Source: Candidatus Falkowbacteria bacterium (GTDB lineage: Bacteria; Patescibacteriota; Patescibacteriia; Patescibacteriales; Patescibacteriaceae). From it: DNA of 64,000 bases. The stretch spans positions 7,435 to 71,434 of the forward strand of contig JAPLWA010000005.1 of NCBI GenBank assembly GCA_026396835.1. Reading direction: 5' to 3'. Positions 40,448 to 50,909 of this stretch are shown here, piece after piece. Positions within the stretch are counted from its first letter, which is position 1. Each line of letters starts with the position of its first letter. Below the pieces are notes generated by a model. It searched no databases. It saw nothing but the letters and a program-made list of their open reading frames with translations, and was not told where the DNA came from. The position numbers and the translations under genes are program-made.

Positions 40448-41272
40448 ATGAAGAAAAATCTAGCTCTTATAATCGCTATTATAACGATTTCCTCTTTAGC
40501 TGGTTTTGGAGTAGTCCAAGCTAAAGGACAAGATAATGATAACTTCAAAGGCAAGGCTCATTCACAAAAAATAAATATTGAAACACCAAAGGATTTTAAT
40601 GAAAACTTTCCAATGGCTTCAAGAGAAGATGAAACTGCACTTAAAAATGAGAGTAACTTAAAAACTGTTATTACTAAGGGTAGCAACATGATTGATATGA
40701 GGCTCAATGCTCTAAATAGAGCTAAGACCTCGATCAACAAATCAAAACTAAGCGCTAATCAAAAAACATCATTAATCGCAATGATTGATGAAAATATTAA
40801 CGGTCTAACTAATTTGAAAACAAAACTAGTAGCTGAAACAGACTTAGCTCTAGCTAAAGCTGACCTAAGTTCAATGTTTACTGACTATCGTATTTATGGA
40901 GTCTTTATGCCAAAGCTAAATGCTCTAAGAATAATCGACATGAACAGTAACAACCTTGATAAAATACAAACTACTACTTTTACTAATTACCAAACTAAGA
41001 TCGACGCTCTTAAAGCCAGTAACGGAGATGCTGCTTTAATCGCAAAGATGGAGGCCGGTCTAGCTAAAGCAAAAACTGATGCTTCAAAAACTAGCAGCCT
41101 TATTAGTTCAACTATGATTAAAGCACAAAACCTAAAGCCAGCTGATTATCCAACACAAAGCAAAACTATATTAAAGGACATTAAAAATAACTTAAAGACA
41201 ATACACAATGACTTTAAGTTGATCAGAACCGATTTAGGAATAAAGGGTAGGGTTAATGTAATGACCAAATAA
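40448..41272 (+). CDS. secreted helical/coiled-coil protein
   Basis: Signal peptide; heptad-rich. Confidence 0.8.
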   Translation: MKKNLALIIAIITISSLAGFGVVQAKGQDNDNFKGKAHSQKINIETPKDFNENFPMASREDETALKNESNLKTVITKGSNMIDMRLNALNRAKTSINKSKLSANQKTSLIAMIDENINGLTNLKTKLVAETDLALAKADLSSMFTDYRIYGVFMPKLNALRIIDMNSNNLDKIQTTTFTNYQTKIDALKASNGDAALIAKMEAGLAKAKTDASKTSSLISSTMIKAQNLKPADYPTQSKTILKDIKNNLKTIHNDFKLIRTDLGIKGRVNVMTK

Positions 41273-41331
41273 ATAAAGCCCCAACAAAACGCAGCTTACC
41301 CCTCTAGCTGCGTTTTGTTATACTGAAAGCT

Positions 41332-41925
41332 ATGACTACGGACAACGCAGAAAAACAGAATAATCTACCATCAAACTCTGATGAGATATTGGCTAAGCTT
41401 GCGCTTAAAGACCAGGCAGCCTTTGCTGAGCTAGTTAATCGTTATCAAGCTCCTTTGCGGCGTTATGTCAGTCGTTTAGCCAGATTAGACGAAACAGATA
41501 TTGATGATGTTCTACAAGAAGCCTTTATCAAACTTTATTTAAACTTAAATGACTTTGATCCTAAGTTGAAGTTTTCATCTTGGCTCTATCGTATCGTGCA
41601 TAACGAAACAATTAACCACTTCCGTAAACGCTCGGTTAAATATGAAGTTGGATTAGACATTGAAGGTGATGAAAAATGGAATGAGTTTTGGGAAGATGAA
41701 GGTATTAATAGAATTGACCAAACATTAGCCAATGAAAAAATTCAAGAAACTTTAAACAAGCTATCACCCAACTATCGTGACGTACTAATCCTAAAATATT
41801 TAGAACAAAAAAACTACGATGAAATCTCTGATATCTTACAAAAACCGCCGGGCACCGTAGCCAGCTGGCTCAATCGAGCCAAAACTCAATTCCGCAGCCT
41901 ATACCAAACATATGACCAATCCTAA
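41332..41925 (+). CDS. ECF RNA polymerase sigma factor
   Basis: DDVLQEAFIK, FSSWLYRIVHN, YDEISDIL..PPGTVASWLNRA. Confidence 0.93.
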   Translation: MTTDNAEKQNNLPSNSDEILAKLALKDQAAFAELVNRYQAPLRRYVSRLARLDETDIDDVLQEAFIKLYLNLNDFDPKLKFSSWLYRIVHNETINHFRKRSVKYEVGLDIEGDEKWNEFWEDEGINRIDQTLANEKIQETLNKLSPNYRDVLILKYLEQKNYDEISDILQKPPGTVASWLNRAKTQFRSLYQTYDQS

Positions 41926-42643
41926 TTTAGCACAATCAATCTTGCACCGCGTGACAGATGATAAGTTAAAACCAAAACCACGCTGGCAATTTATAACAAA
42001 GCAAATATTAATTTGGTTTGGTGTCTTGCTATCTGTCGTGGTTGGCAGCATTTCGAGTTCTATATTATTTTTTCTTATAATAAATAATGACTGGGAGGCT
42101 TATGATTTGGTTACGAAAAATTTAGCTTACTTTATATTATTAACCCTGCCTTATTTTTGGTTAGTCATATTAGCTGGCTTCATCGTACTAGCATACTTTT
42201 ACATGCGAAAAACAAAGCATGGCTATCGCTATAGCTTATTAAGACTATCTATTATCTATCTAGTGCTTTGTTCTATAATCGGCGGCACGGCTTATGCTTA
42301 TGGCGGGAGCGAGGAAATTGATCGTTTATTAACGGTTAATGTTCCGATTTATAAAAAAATTGTTAACCAACAAACTAATCGCTGGTCACAGCCAAAAGCG
42401 GGTTTAATATCCGGCGAATTAAAAAAGGTAGACACTGAGAAAAAGGAGCTAATTTTAGAGGATGCTGATGACAATGTCTGGCGTATTGATTATTCCAAAT
42501 CCAAACTCAATGAAAAAATTAAATTAAATAAAGGTGAAAGAATACGAATTATTGGGGACGAGGAAGACAAAGAAAACTTTAAAGCTAAAGATATTTTAGT
42601 AAATAAACCGACAATTCACAAGCGAAACAAGAAAAAAGACTAG
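41912..42643 (+). CDS. putative membrane anti-sigma factor
   Basis: Overlaps the sigma gene; three TM plus C-terminal OB-like segment. Confidence 0.6.
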   Translation: MTNPNLAQSILHRVTDDKLKPKPRWQFITKQILIWFGVLLSVVVGSISSSILFFLIINNDWEAYDLVTKNLAYFILLTLPYFWLVILAGFIVLAYFYMRKTKHGYRYSLLRLSIIYLVLCSIIGGTAYAYGGSEEIDRLLTVNVPIYKKIVNQQTNRWSQPKAGLISGELKKVDTEKKELILEDADDNVWRIDYSKSKLNEKIKLNKGERIRIIGDEEDKENFKAKDILVNKPTIHKRNKKKD

Positions 42644-42718
42644 GCGATTAGCCTCCTAATGGCTTAAAAAACCTGGCTATTATATAATAAATAGTATTAT
42701 AGAGACTGACAGAAAATT

Positions 42719-43357
42719 ATGTGGCGAGAGCATAAAGTTTATTGGTTAAAAAAAAGCTTCATTTTTAACGTTGCCTTAAGCATAGTATTTTTAATTATCG
42801 CTTTCTTTATAAATCATTACGCCAATTCATACGTTGCTAACAACGCTAGTAACTATGTTACTGATATTATTTTAGACAACATTCCGGTAATTGATGTTCA
42901 TCTAATTTTTTCCGAAGGAGCTATACTTTTCATAATTGCTCTAATTGCTATTTTTTCGTACGAACCAAAACACCTACCCTTTGCTGTAAAAAGTATTGCG
43001 GTTTTTATTTTAGTGAGATCTTTTTTTATGGTTCTAACTCATCTAGCGCCACCTTTGGGAGAAATTTACATAAACCCGGGTGATCTTATTTCACAAATCA
43101 GCTCGGGCAATGATTTATTTTTTTCGGCTCACACTGGCCTGCCATTTTTAATGGCTTTTATATTTTGGGAGCAAAAGAAATTACGCTATTTTTTCTTTAG
43201 CTGTTCTTTAGTTGGTGGCATTGCGGTATTACTAGGTCATCTACACTATTCGATTGACGTTTTTTCAGCAACCTTCATTGCTTTTGGTATTTTCCACATT
43301 TGTAAAAATATTTTTCCTAAGGATTTTGAGTTAACAATACAAGATCCTAAAATTTAA
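42719..43357 (+). CDS. PAP2-related membrane phosphatase
   Basis: DLFFSAHT, HLHYSIDV. Confidence 0.8.
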   Translation: MWREHKVYWLKKSFIFNVALSIVFLIIAFFINHYANSYVANNASNYVTDIILDNIPVIDVHLIFSEGAILFIIALIAIFSYEPKHLPFAVKSIAVFILVRSFFMVLTHLAPPLGEIYINPGDLISQISSGNDLFFSAHTGLPFLMAFIFWEQKKLRYFFFSCSLVGGIAVLLGHLHYSIDVFSATFIAFGIFHICKNIFPKDFELTIQDPKI

Positions 43358-43361
43358 ATTT

Positions 43362-43889
43362 ATGAAAAAATTTTTAAAGAAGTTACTTCACCAGCGAAAT
43401 GTTAATAAAATTAATTTCTGGGAGTTTTTTAGATACTTTATTTTTGCTTTAGCGCTTGAAAGTATCCTAATTTGGTTTTTGGGTCTACACCCTGATTATG
43501 AAGACCTAAGACTAGCCACCATAATTATTTTTGGAATATTGTCATCCTTTGGTATTTTGTTCTTGGCGGTTGAAGTTATCAGAGACATTGATGAATCCAC
43601 CAACATGATCATTGGTTTAATTTCAATTGTTTTTCTATTTGTCGCTTATTTTGCTTTCCAGTATTGGTTTTTATTGGTTACCGAACCGCATAGCTTTACA
43701 GAACTTATTAAACTAGATCCGATAAATCTATTTTTTCACAGCACCATGATATTTTTATTTAACCCTTTAATGTTCCCGGTGACTAAATCGGCTCAATTAC
43801 TTGTCTTAACCAATGCCTTTGGCGGCTTTGTTCTAGTCGCCTTTATCTTACAAAACATTTGGCAGTTTAAGCATAAAATTAATTATTAG
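43362..43889 (+). CDS. hypothetical multi-TM protein
   Basis: 175 aa, hydrophobic. Confidence 0.7.
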   Translation: MKKFLKKLLHQRNVNKINFWEFFRYFIFALALESILIWFLGLHPDYEDLRLATIIIFGILSSFGILFLAVEVIRDIDESTNMIIGLISIVFLFVAYFAFQYWFLLVTEPHSFTELIKLDPINLFFHSTMIFLFNPLMFPVTKSAQLLVLTNAFGGFVLVAFILQNIWQFKHKINY

Positions 43890-43901
43890 CCCAAATATGA
43901 T

Positions 43902-43936
43902 AAAAGCCCTGTTGCGCTATTGCAACAGGGCTTTTT
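43902..43936. terminator. bidirectional terminator
   Basis: AAAAGCCCTGTTGC..GCAACAGGGCTTTTT between convergent genes. Confidence 0.8.
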
Positions 43937-43948
43937 AATTAAAAAAAA

Positions 43949-44620
43949 TTAGGCTATTAACTTGGTTGTAAAAATACCTGATTGATAGAACTTTTCTATC
44001 AAGGTTTTCGCGTCAGGATTAAAATTAATTAATCTTTTTTTCATTTCCTCGCCGCTTAAATCTGCCTGATCTGCAAATTTTTTGTTTGAACGATGAAGAG
44101 CATCATAAAAATCAACCAAAGAAATCAATCGACCATAAAACGGGATCTTAACCTCTGTTCCCCTGCTATAATCATGTAGTCTTGATGGCATTTCTTTAGG
44201 ATATTCATTGGCCTGAAACTTATGATGCCAAATAATTATCTCCGCAGCAAAATCAAAACAGCCTTGAAGCATTTTATAGCCATCTAGTACGTGATCTTTA
44301 ATTGCTTCATAGTCCTTTTCATTGTAAGCCTCGGTTTTTTTCAAGGTATTTGAATTAGTTAGGGCTTTACCAATATCATGCAGCAACCCAGAATAGAGCA
44401 AGGCTTTCTGATCTAGGTGCATAAGCTGACCAATTTCAGCTGCTAATATACCGACCCTGAGGCTGTGCTTATAAGTCTGGATGTCTTTAATTTTTAGCGG
44501 AGCTAAAAAACTAAATATCTCTAACTGTTTTTTCTTCTCAATATTCAAGCGCTTAAAAGCGGAGTCTAAACGTGCAGCCAGAGATGGTGGTTGTGCAAGA
44601 TATTCTTTAAATGTACTCAT
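43949..44620 (-). CDS. HD-GYP-like phosphohydrolase
   Basis: TYKHSLRV, LLHDIGK, HHK...YP, VDFYDAL. Confidence 0.85.
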   Translation of the reverse strand: MSTFKEYLAQPPSLAARLDSAFKRLNIEKKKQLEIFSFLAPLKIKDIQTYKHSLRVGILAAEIGQLMHLDQKALLYSGLLHDIGKALTNSNTLKKTEAYNEKDYEAIKDHVLDGYKMLQGCFDFAAEIIIWHHKFQANEYPKEMPSRLHDYSRGTEVKIPFYGRLISLVDFYDALHRSNKKFADQADLSGEEMKKRLINFNPDAKTLIEKFYQSGIFTTKLIA

Positions 44621-44841
44621 TGTTTATGATTATTTTTATTTGTAATTAAGTTAGTTTTCCCTGGGCTTAAATAGACCAAAGAAAACCAACCTAAAAATTT
44701 AATAAAATAGTATTTTTCAAAGATCTTAATCATAAAAAATATCATTTTTACTACACCTTGTCAACCATTAGCTTAATGGCGCTTAACCCATTAATGGACT
44801 ATACTATAAACACTAAATAACAAGTAAAATAAGAAAATTAT

Positions 44842-45387
44842 ATGAAAAAAATTATACTGCCAGTGCTATTAATGTGCGTTGTGGCAATAAGTGGTTGTTC
44901 ACTTGTCTCGAATTTTGTTGATGAAAAAAAGCAGGAGATTAATAATGTAGCTCAAGAACAAAAGGATAAATTAGTAGAAACAGCTAAAACAAAGCTGGAC
45001 GACATAGCTACGGGGGCAACCATAAATCTTAGTGGTCAGAAATTAACTAAAGTGCCGATGTCGACCTTTGATAAAACAAATACAGAAACGTTGGATTTAT
45101 CAAACAATCAATTGACTGGCGCTTTGCCATCTCAAATCGGCAATCTAAAAAACCTAAAAGTACTTAAAGCGAACAATAACTTAATGACCGGTGTACCAGC
45201 TGAAATTGGCCGACTTACAAATTTGCAAACACTAGATTTATCAAACAACCAACTAACGGGCTTACCTAGCGAATTAGGAAATCTAAAAAATCTTAAAACC
45301 ATGAACCTCGCGGGAAACAAATATTCAGAGCAAGACCTAGCTTTAATAAAACAAAAGCTCACAAGCACCACTTTTATCCTTAAATAA
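44842..45387 (+). CDS. leucine-rich repeat lipoprotein
   Basis: Lipobox ISGC; LDLSNNQLTGLPSELGNL repeats. Confidence 0.9.
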   Translation: MKKIILPVLLMCVVAISGCSLVSNFVDEKKQEINNVAQEQKDKLVETAKTKLDDIATGATINLSGQKLTKVPMSTFDKTNTETLDLSNNQLTGALPSQIGNLKNLKVLKANNNLMTGVPAEIGRLTNLQTLDLSNNQLTGLPSELGNLKNLKTMNLAGNKYSEQDLALIKQKLTSTTFILK

Positions 45388-45481
45388 GCTCAAAAAAGCA
45401 GTCCTAAAAATCGGGGCTGTTTTTTAATACTAAAAAACTGATGTATAATTAAGAAGTAAAATAACACAAACTAAGCCCATT

Positions 45482-46417
45482 ATGTTCTGGTCAATTTTCA
45501 TCACAATTTTCGGTCTATGCTTATTTGAAATTATCAGCAGCATTGATAATGCTGTAGTAAACGCGCATGTTTTAAAAACCATGCCAGAAAAATATCGAAA
45601 GATATTTCTTTTCTGGGGACTTTTATTTGCCATTGTCTTAGTGCGCGGATTACTGCCATTTTTAATTGTTTGGTTTGCTAATCCTGCTTTTAACATCATT
45701 GAAGTTTTTACGGCTGTCTGGTCTAATGATCCAAGAATAATTGGCTATTTAGAGGCTTCTAAAGGCTTGTTGCTTCTTGGTGGTGGCGTTTATCTTTGGC
45801 TAACTTTTTTAAGTTGGCTTTTTTTAGAAGAAAAGAAATATGCTTTTTTAGTAGAAAGCTTTATTCATAAACAAGGGCTCTGGTTTTATTCTATAACTTC
45901 GCTCTGTACGGTTTTAATTGTCTGGCTGTCCTTAAAAATAGACCCAATGTTAGCTCTAGCGGCGACGATCGGACTAACTGCCTTCTTCATAACTGATGGA
46001 TTTAGAAAAAATGCCGAGAAAGCTGAAAACAGCCTAATAAAGAATACCCGGATGAGTGCCTGGAGTAAAATTCTATACTTAGAAATCTTAGATGCGTCAT
46101 TCTCAATCGATGGCGTTATTGGTGCCTTTGCTTTTACTATGAGCGTTCCTTTGATTATTATTGGTAACGGCATAGGTGCAATTGTAGTTCGTGAATTTAC
46201 TGTTCGCGGTATGAATATTATTTCTAAGTATGCTTATTTAAAAAATGGAGCGATGTATTCAATCGGCATGTTAGGTGGATTAATGATTGCGGAAAGTTTA
46301 GGGCAGGTTTTTCCTTTTTGGTTAGCACCATTAAATACAGCAATTCTAATAGTTGTTTTCTTTTTCCTGTCAATTAAAGAAATTGAAGAGAAAAAAGCTT
46401 TAAGTCAAAAAAGTTAA
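45482..46417 (+). CDS. DUF475 / TerC-like membrane protein
   Basis: FEIISSIDNAVVNA, LEILDASFSIDGVIGAFA, YLKNGAMYSI. Confidence 0.88.
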   Translation: MFWSIFITIFGLCLFEIISSIDNAVVNAHVLKTMPEKYRKIFLFWGLLFAIVLVRGLLPFLIVWFANPAFNIIEVFTAVWSNDPRIIGYLEASKGLLLLGGGVYLWLTFLSWLFLEEKKYAFLVESFIHKQGLWFYSITSLCTVLIVWLSLKIDPMLALAATIGLTAFFITDGFRKNAEKAENSLIKNTRMSAWSKILYLEILDASFSIDGVIGAFAFTMSVPLIIIGNGIGAIVVREFTVRGMNIISKYAYLKNGAMYSIGMLGGLMIAESLGQVFPFWLAPLNTAILIVVFFFLSIKEIEEKKALSQKS

Positions 46418-46471
46418 AATCTTATTAAACTACCAAAGAACATTTTAGAACTATCCTTAAAGCTATTAACC

Positions 46472-47656
46472 TTGCTTATTGTTTTAATATATTTATTTTT
46501 AGAGATTATATCTTTTTTTAGAAGCAACTTTTTAGCCATAACACTGGAGACCTTCTCTCATTACCAATTCGAGACAACAGAGCTATTATTTATTTTTCTA
46601 CTTTTAACTTGGCTAATATTGCTTATAGCCAAGACAACGCTAGACAAAAAATTTAAAATTGCTATATTCATTGTTTTATTTCTCTGCTTTATATCGCCTC
46701 CACTATTAGCGGTTGATACTACGGCTTACGCCTTGAACGCCGAAGTAATTTACACCAACATTCAAAATCCCTACACTACGCCACTAAATGCGGCAACGGT
46801 CCCGAAAGAACTAAGTGACGTTTGGTGGATGGCACTACCTTCGCCTTATGGCCCGGCTTTTTTATTAATTACTTTTATTCCCTGGCTAATTAGTTTTTCT
46901 AGCTTATTTGCTTTTATTTACGCCTACAAACTATTTGCCCTAGTTGCCTTTTTAGCTTCTGCTTGGCTTTTTTCTAAACTAAGACAAAGAGAAAATGCTC
47001 CGGCCTATCTTGATCTACTATTTATACTAAATCCAGCTTTGATCATTAACCTGGTTCTTGAGGGACATAATGAGGTATTTATAATATTATTCTTATTATT
47101 ATTCTTATATACTTCTGACAAGCCGCTAAAAAAACTTGGCTACATGACTATGGCAGTGCTAATAAAATTCAGCACATTTTTAGCTTGGCCCTTGATTTGG
47201 TTTAAAAACTCTAAATTCAATCTAAAATCTTTTGTAAAATCAAATATTTTTTTGTTAATTATTGGCCTAATATTTTTTAAAGTCATAAATCTACTGCCTC
47301 AGGATTTTCTAAAGCAAAACGTACTCTTTATAAACAACGCCTGTTTCTATAAATGCTCTCCAATCTATAGCCTGGGTAATCACTTGCCAAATTTGTTTGG
47401 AGATTATTTTAAAATTATTACTTTTTTGTTGGCCTACTTGTTCATACTATATTGGTTCCTGATTAAGAGATACGAGCCGCTTAAATTTATAGTCTGGTCT
47501 TTTGTTGCCTTGTTTTTTATTACCACAAAATGGCTAACTCCCTGGTATCCAACCATAATCATTCCTTTTAGTTTATTGCTAAATAATAAAAAATACTTGC
47601 TTATCAGTGCATTAATTACTGCATATTGCCTTCTGCACTATATATTACTAATATAA
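46472..47656 (+). CDS. GT-C polytopic glycosyltransferase (MptA/B-like)
   Basis: PPLLAVD..AY, SPYGP, LNP......GHNE, PWY; start uncertain. Confidence 0.7.
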   Translation: MLIVLIYLFLEIISFFRSNFLAITLETFSHYQFETTELLFIFLLLTWLILLIAKTTLDKKFKIAIFIVLFLCFISPPLLAVDTTAYALNAEVIYTNIQNPYTTPLNAATVPKELSDVWWMALPSPYGPAFLLITFIPWLISFSSLFAFIYAYKLFALVAFLASAWLFSKLRQRENAPAYLDLLFILNPALIINLVLEGHNEVFIILFLLLFLYTSDKPLKKLGYMTMAVLIKFSTFLAWPLIWFKNSKFNLKSFVKSNIFLLIIGLIFFKVINLLPQDFLKQNVLFINNACFYKCSPIYSLGNHLPNLFGDYFKIITFLLAYLFILYWFLIKRYEPLKFIVWSFVALFFITTKWLTPWYPTIIIPFSLLLNNKKYLLISALITAYCLLHYILLI

Positions 47657-47747
47657 TTCTAGTTAATAAGACAAAATAGCCCAAAAAGGGCTATTTTTTT
47701 ATTGTCTGAGATGCTAATATTTAATTAGTTAATCACTAAAGCAAACT

Positions 47748-50276
47748 ATGGCTGAAGCTAAAAAATATCAGGGCCTAAGCAGTTCTGAGGCGATCCTAAA
47801 GCTAAAACAATTTGGACCAAACATCATTACAAAACAAAAAAGATTTAGTTCCTTTGTCATGTTCTTCAAAAAACTAACCAGCCCACTATTCCTCTTAATG
47901 ATAAGTATTTCAGTGGTATCTTTTGTTATTGGACAAAGAACCAGCGCCATCTTTGTTATTATGATGGTAATTTTATCAGCCGTCTTTGATTTCATTAACT
48001 CGTATAAATCACAAAAAGTCGTAGAAAAACTAGCCACTCGCGTTAGTACAAAAGTTACTATTTTACGTGATGGTAAAAAACAAGAGCTTCCTCTCGCCGA
48101 CGTTGTGCCTGATGATATTTTATTTCTATCAGCCGGAAACATAATTCCAGCTGATTGCCAGTTAGTTGAAAGCGATGACTTTTTCGTTGATCAATCAGCC
48201 CTAACTGGCGAATCAATGCCTTGTGAGAAAGTGGCTTCAAATAAAAGAATAAACAAAAATAATACGGCCGAAGATGAAAATGTAATATTCATGGGAACTA
48301 GCGTGGTTAGTGGATTTGGTACTGCTTTAGTTTTAAAAACCGGCAAAGAAACCAAGTTTGGTAAAATTGCTGGCGAACTAGATAAAGCGGAGCCAAAAAC
48401 AAATTTTGAAATTAGCATAACCAAGTTCAGTTTATTTATCATGCGCTTAGTTTTTTATATGGTGAGCTTCGTTTTAATGGTTTACCTCATAAAAAATTTC
48501 CAGCATTTAAATAAAAATTCCATCCTAGAAGCTATAACTTTTTCACTGGCGGTTACGCTTGGTGTTACACCTGACATGCTACCAGCAATTATTACTTTTT
48601 GTTTAAGCCGCGGTTCAAAAATGATGGCCAAGAAAAAAGTTATCGTAAAACACTTATCTTCAATTGAAAACTTCGGTAGCATGGATATTCTATGTACTGA
48701 CAAGACCGGAACTTTAACTCAAAATCACATCAGCTTGGTTAAATACACTGACTATGAAGGCAAGGATTCTGCTAAGGTCCTAGAGTTTGGTCGGGCTAGT
48801 AGCTATTTCCACACAGGAATTCAAAACCCAATGGATAATGCTATTAACGAATATCAAGCTGGAGAAGTTGTAGGATTTGAGAAAATTGATGAAATTCCTT
48901 ATGACTTTGAACGTCGCCGCAGCTCAATGGTTGTTAAGAAGGATGATAAGAAATTTCTAATCACCAAAGGAGCGCCCGAAGCGGTTATTAGTATTTGTAA
49001 TCAATATGAGCTGGACAATAAAATAGTTAAGGACAAATCAGCCAGCAATATAATTCAAGAAAAATTTGAAAACTTAAGCAAAGACGGCTTTAGAGTACTA
49101 GCTCTTTGCTACAAAGAAATCATAGCCGATGATAGTCAAAAATCTTTTGATAAAAATGAGGAAAACAATATGACCTTCATTGGTTTTCTTAGCTTCCTCG
49201 ATCCGGCCAAGGAAACAGTAAAACAAACAATTGTTGAATTAGAACAGCTCGGTGTAGAAATTAAAATTTTAACCGGTGATAACGAATTACTATCAGAAAA
49301 GATTTGTCGCGACATCGGTCTTGATATTAAAGGAACAATCACTGGTGAAGAAATGGAGAAGTTAAATGATGACCAGCTAAGTAACAAATTGCCAAATCTA
49401 AGTATTTTTGCGCGCATTGACCCAATACAGAAAGAAAGAATTATTTTAATTCTAAAAAAGGCTGGTAAAACCGTCGGCTTTTTAGGTGATGGAATTAATG
49501 ATGCGCCCGCTTTACGCGCCGCCGATGTTGGCGTTTCAGTTAATAACGCCGTCGATATTGCCAAAGAAACTGCAGATATTATTTTATTAGAAAAAAATCT
49601 TGAAACATTGAAAGACGGTGTCATCGAAGGTCGCAAAACTTTTCACAATACTTTGAAATATATTTTGATGGGTCTATCATCTAATTTTGGCAATATGTTT
49701 TCGATGATGGGCGCCGCAACCTTCTTGCCTTTCTTGCCGATGCTGCCTGGTCAAATATTATTTAACAATTTTATTTACGATGCTTCACAGTTTTCACTAC
49801 CAACCGACACGGTCGATGAAGATGAGTTATTAAAACCAACTCACTGGGATCTCGGTTTTGTTAAAAAATACATGCTGGTCTTTGGTTGGATTAGTTCTTT
49901 ATTTGATTTCCTAACTTTCTTCTTATTATTCTCGGTTTACCATTTAGGAGAAAGCCAATTCCAAACTGGTTGGTTTATTGAATCTATCGCAACACAAATT
50001 CTAGTTATCTATATAATAAGAACCAAAAAAATTCCGTTCATAAAGAGTCGCCCAAGCAAGGCCTTACTAATTACTACCTTGTCAGCTGTGGCAATTGCCT
50101 GGATAATTCCATTCACTTTCCTTGGAAGAATTATGGGTTTTGGAACACTACCAATTTCACTAATGGCCTTTATCTTCGGCTATGTCCTCATATACCTAGG
50201 CATAGTTGAAATAGCTAAAAGAATCTTTTATCATCAACATAATAAGCGCTTACAAAAGACCCTAAGAGCTGCTTAA
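47748..50276 (+). CDS. mgtA: magnesium-translocating P-type ATPase
   Basis: [55 protein letters not shown]. Confidence 0.95.
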   Translation: MAEAKKYQGLSSSEAILKLKQFGPNIITKQKRFSSFVMFFKKLTSPLFLLMISISVVSFVIGQRTSAIFVIMMVILSAVFDFINSYKSQKVVEKLATRVSTKVTILRDGKKQELPLADVVPDDILFLSAGNIIPADCQLVESDDFFVDQSALTGESMPCEKVASNKRINKNNTAEDENVIFMGTSVVSGFGTALVLKTGKETKFGKIAGELDKAEPKTNFEISITKFSLFIMRLVFYMVSFVLMVYLIKNFQHLNKNSILEAITFSLAVTLGVTPDMLPAIITFCLSRGSKMMAKKKVIVKHLSSIENFGSMDILCTDKTGTLTQNHISLVKYTDYEGKDSAKVLEFGRASSYFHTGIQNPMDNAINEYQAGEVVGFEKIDEIPYDFERRRSSMVVKKDDKKFLITKGAPEAVISICNQYELDNKIVKDKSASNIIQEKFENLSKDGFRVLALCYKEIIADDSQKSFDKNEENNMTFIGFLSFLDPAKETVKQTIVELEQLGVEIKILTGDNELLSEKICRDIGLDIKGTITGEEMEKLNDDQLSNKLPNLSIFARIDPIQKERIILILKKAGKTVGFLGDGINDAPALRAADVGVSVNNAVDIAKETADIILLEKNLETLKDGVIEGRKTFHNTLKYILMGLSSNFGNMFSMMGAATFLPFLPMLPGQILFNNFIYDASQFSLPTDTVDEDELLKPTHWDLGFVKKYMLVFGWISSLFDFLTFFLLFSVYHLGESQFQTGWFIESIATQILVIYIIRTKKIPFIKSRPSKALLITTLSAVAIAWIIPFTFLGRIMGFGTLPISLMAFIFGYVLIYLGIVEIAKRIFYHQHNKRLQKTLRAA

Positions 50277-50398
50277 AAAACAGTATATTGCTTAGTAAAA
50301 GCCTTAATGTTAAATTACATTAAAGCTTTTACTATTGACTTATTAGAAATATTATGTTAATTATTAGCTATTGCTTAAACTTAAAATGGGAGTTAGAA

Positions 50399-50800
50399 GT
50401 GAAAACCGTAAAAAGTTCTTTGGAAAATTTATTTATCTATCTAGTTCTGTTCTCGCCGATGATTTATACTTGGCTCGTTCTTACACATGTAATTCACGGC
50501 TGGTACGGATGGGCCTACATTGTAGTATTTATCGTTCTATCGCTTGCATCATTCTTCTTAATCGAAAGAAAAGAAGAAGAAAGGGTTTTTAGAATAGCTT
50601 ACAGCGGCTCATTAATAGCCAACGTATTTGTATATGCATTCCTAAAATGGTCATTTAATTTAATTGGTCCCGGCTCTGAATCAACCTCGATCATATTAGG
50701 CATTTGGTTTATTTTGCTGGCCCTTTGTGGTGTTATAATGAACATCGGTAAAAACAATGAGGAGTACGTAGCAATAGGTTCATTGGGTTCATTTCTATGA
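50399..50800 (+). CDS. hypothetical four-TM protein
   Basis: GTG start after GGGAG SD; TTGACT promoter upstream. Confidence 0.65.
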   Translation: MKTVKSSLENLFIYLVLFSPMIYTWLVLTHVIHGWYGWAYIVVFIVLSLASFFLIERKEEERVFRIAYSGSLIANVFVYAFLKWSFNLIGPGSESTSIILGIWFILLALCGVIMNIGKNNEEYVAIGSLGSFL

Positions 50801-50909
50801 ACGAAATTTTAAAAAACAACCCTCTTTGATTATTCAAGGAGGGTTGAATTACATTTAGGGACAATTTTATATATTTGATTTTCTTGGTTTATTGGATTAT
50901 ATTAACAAT

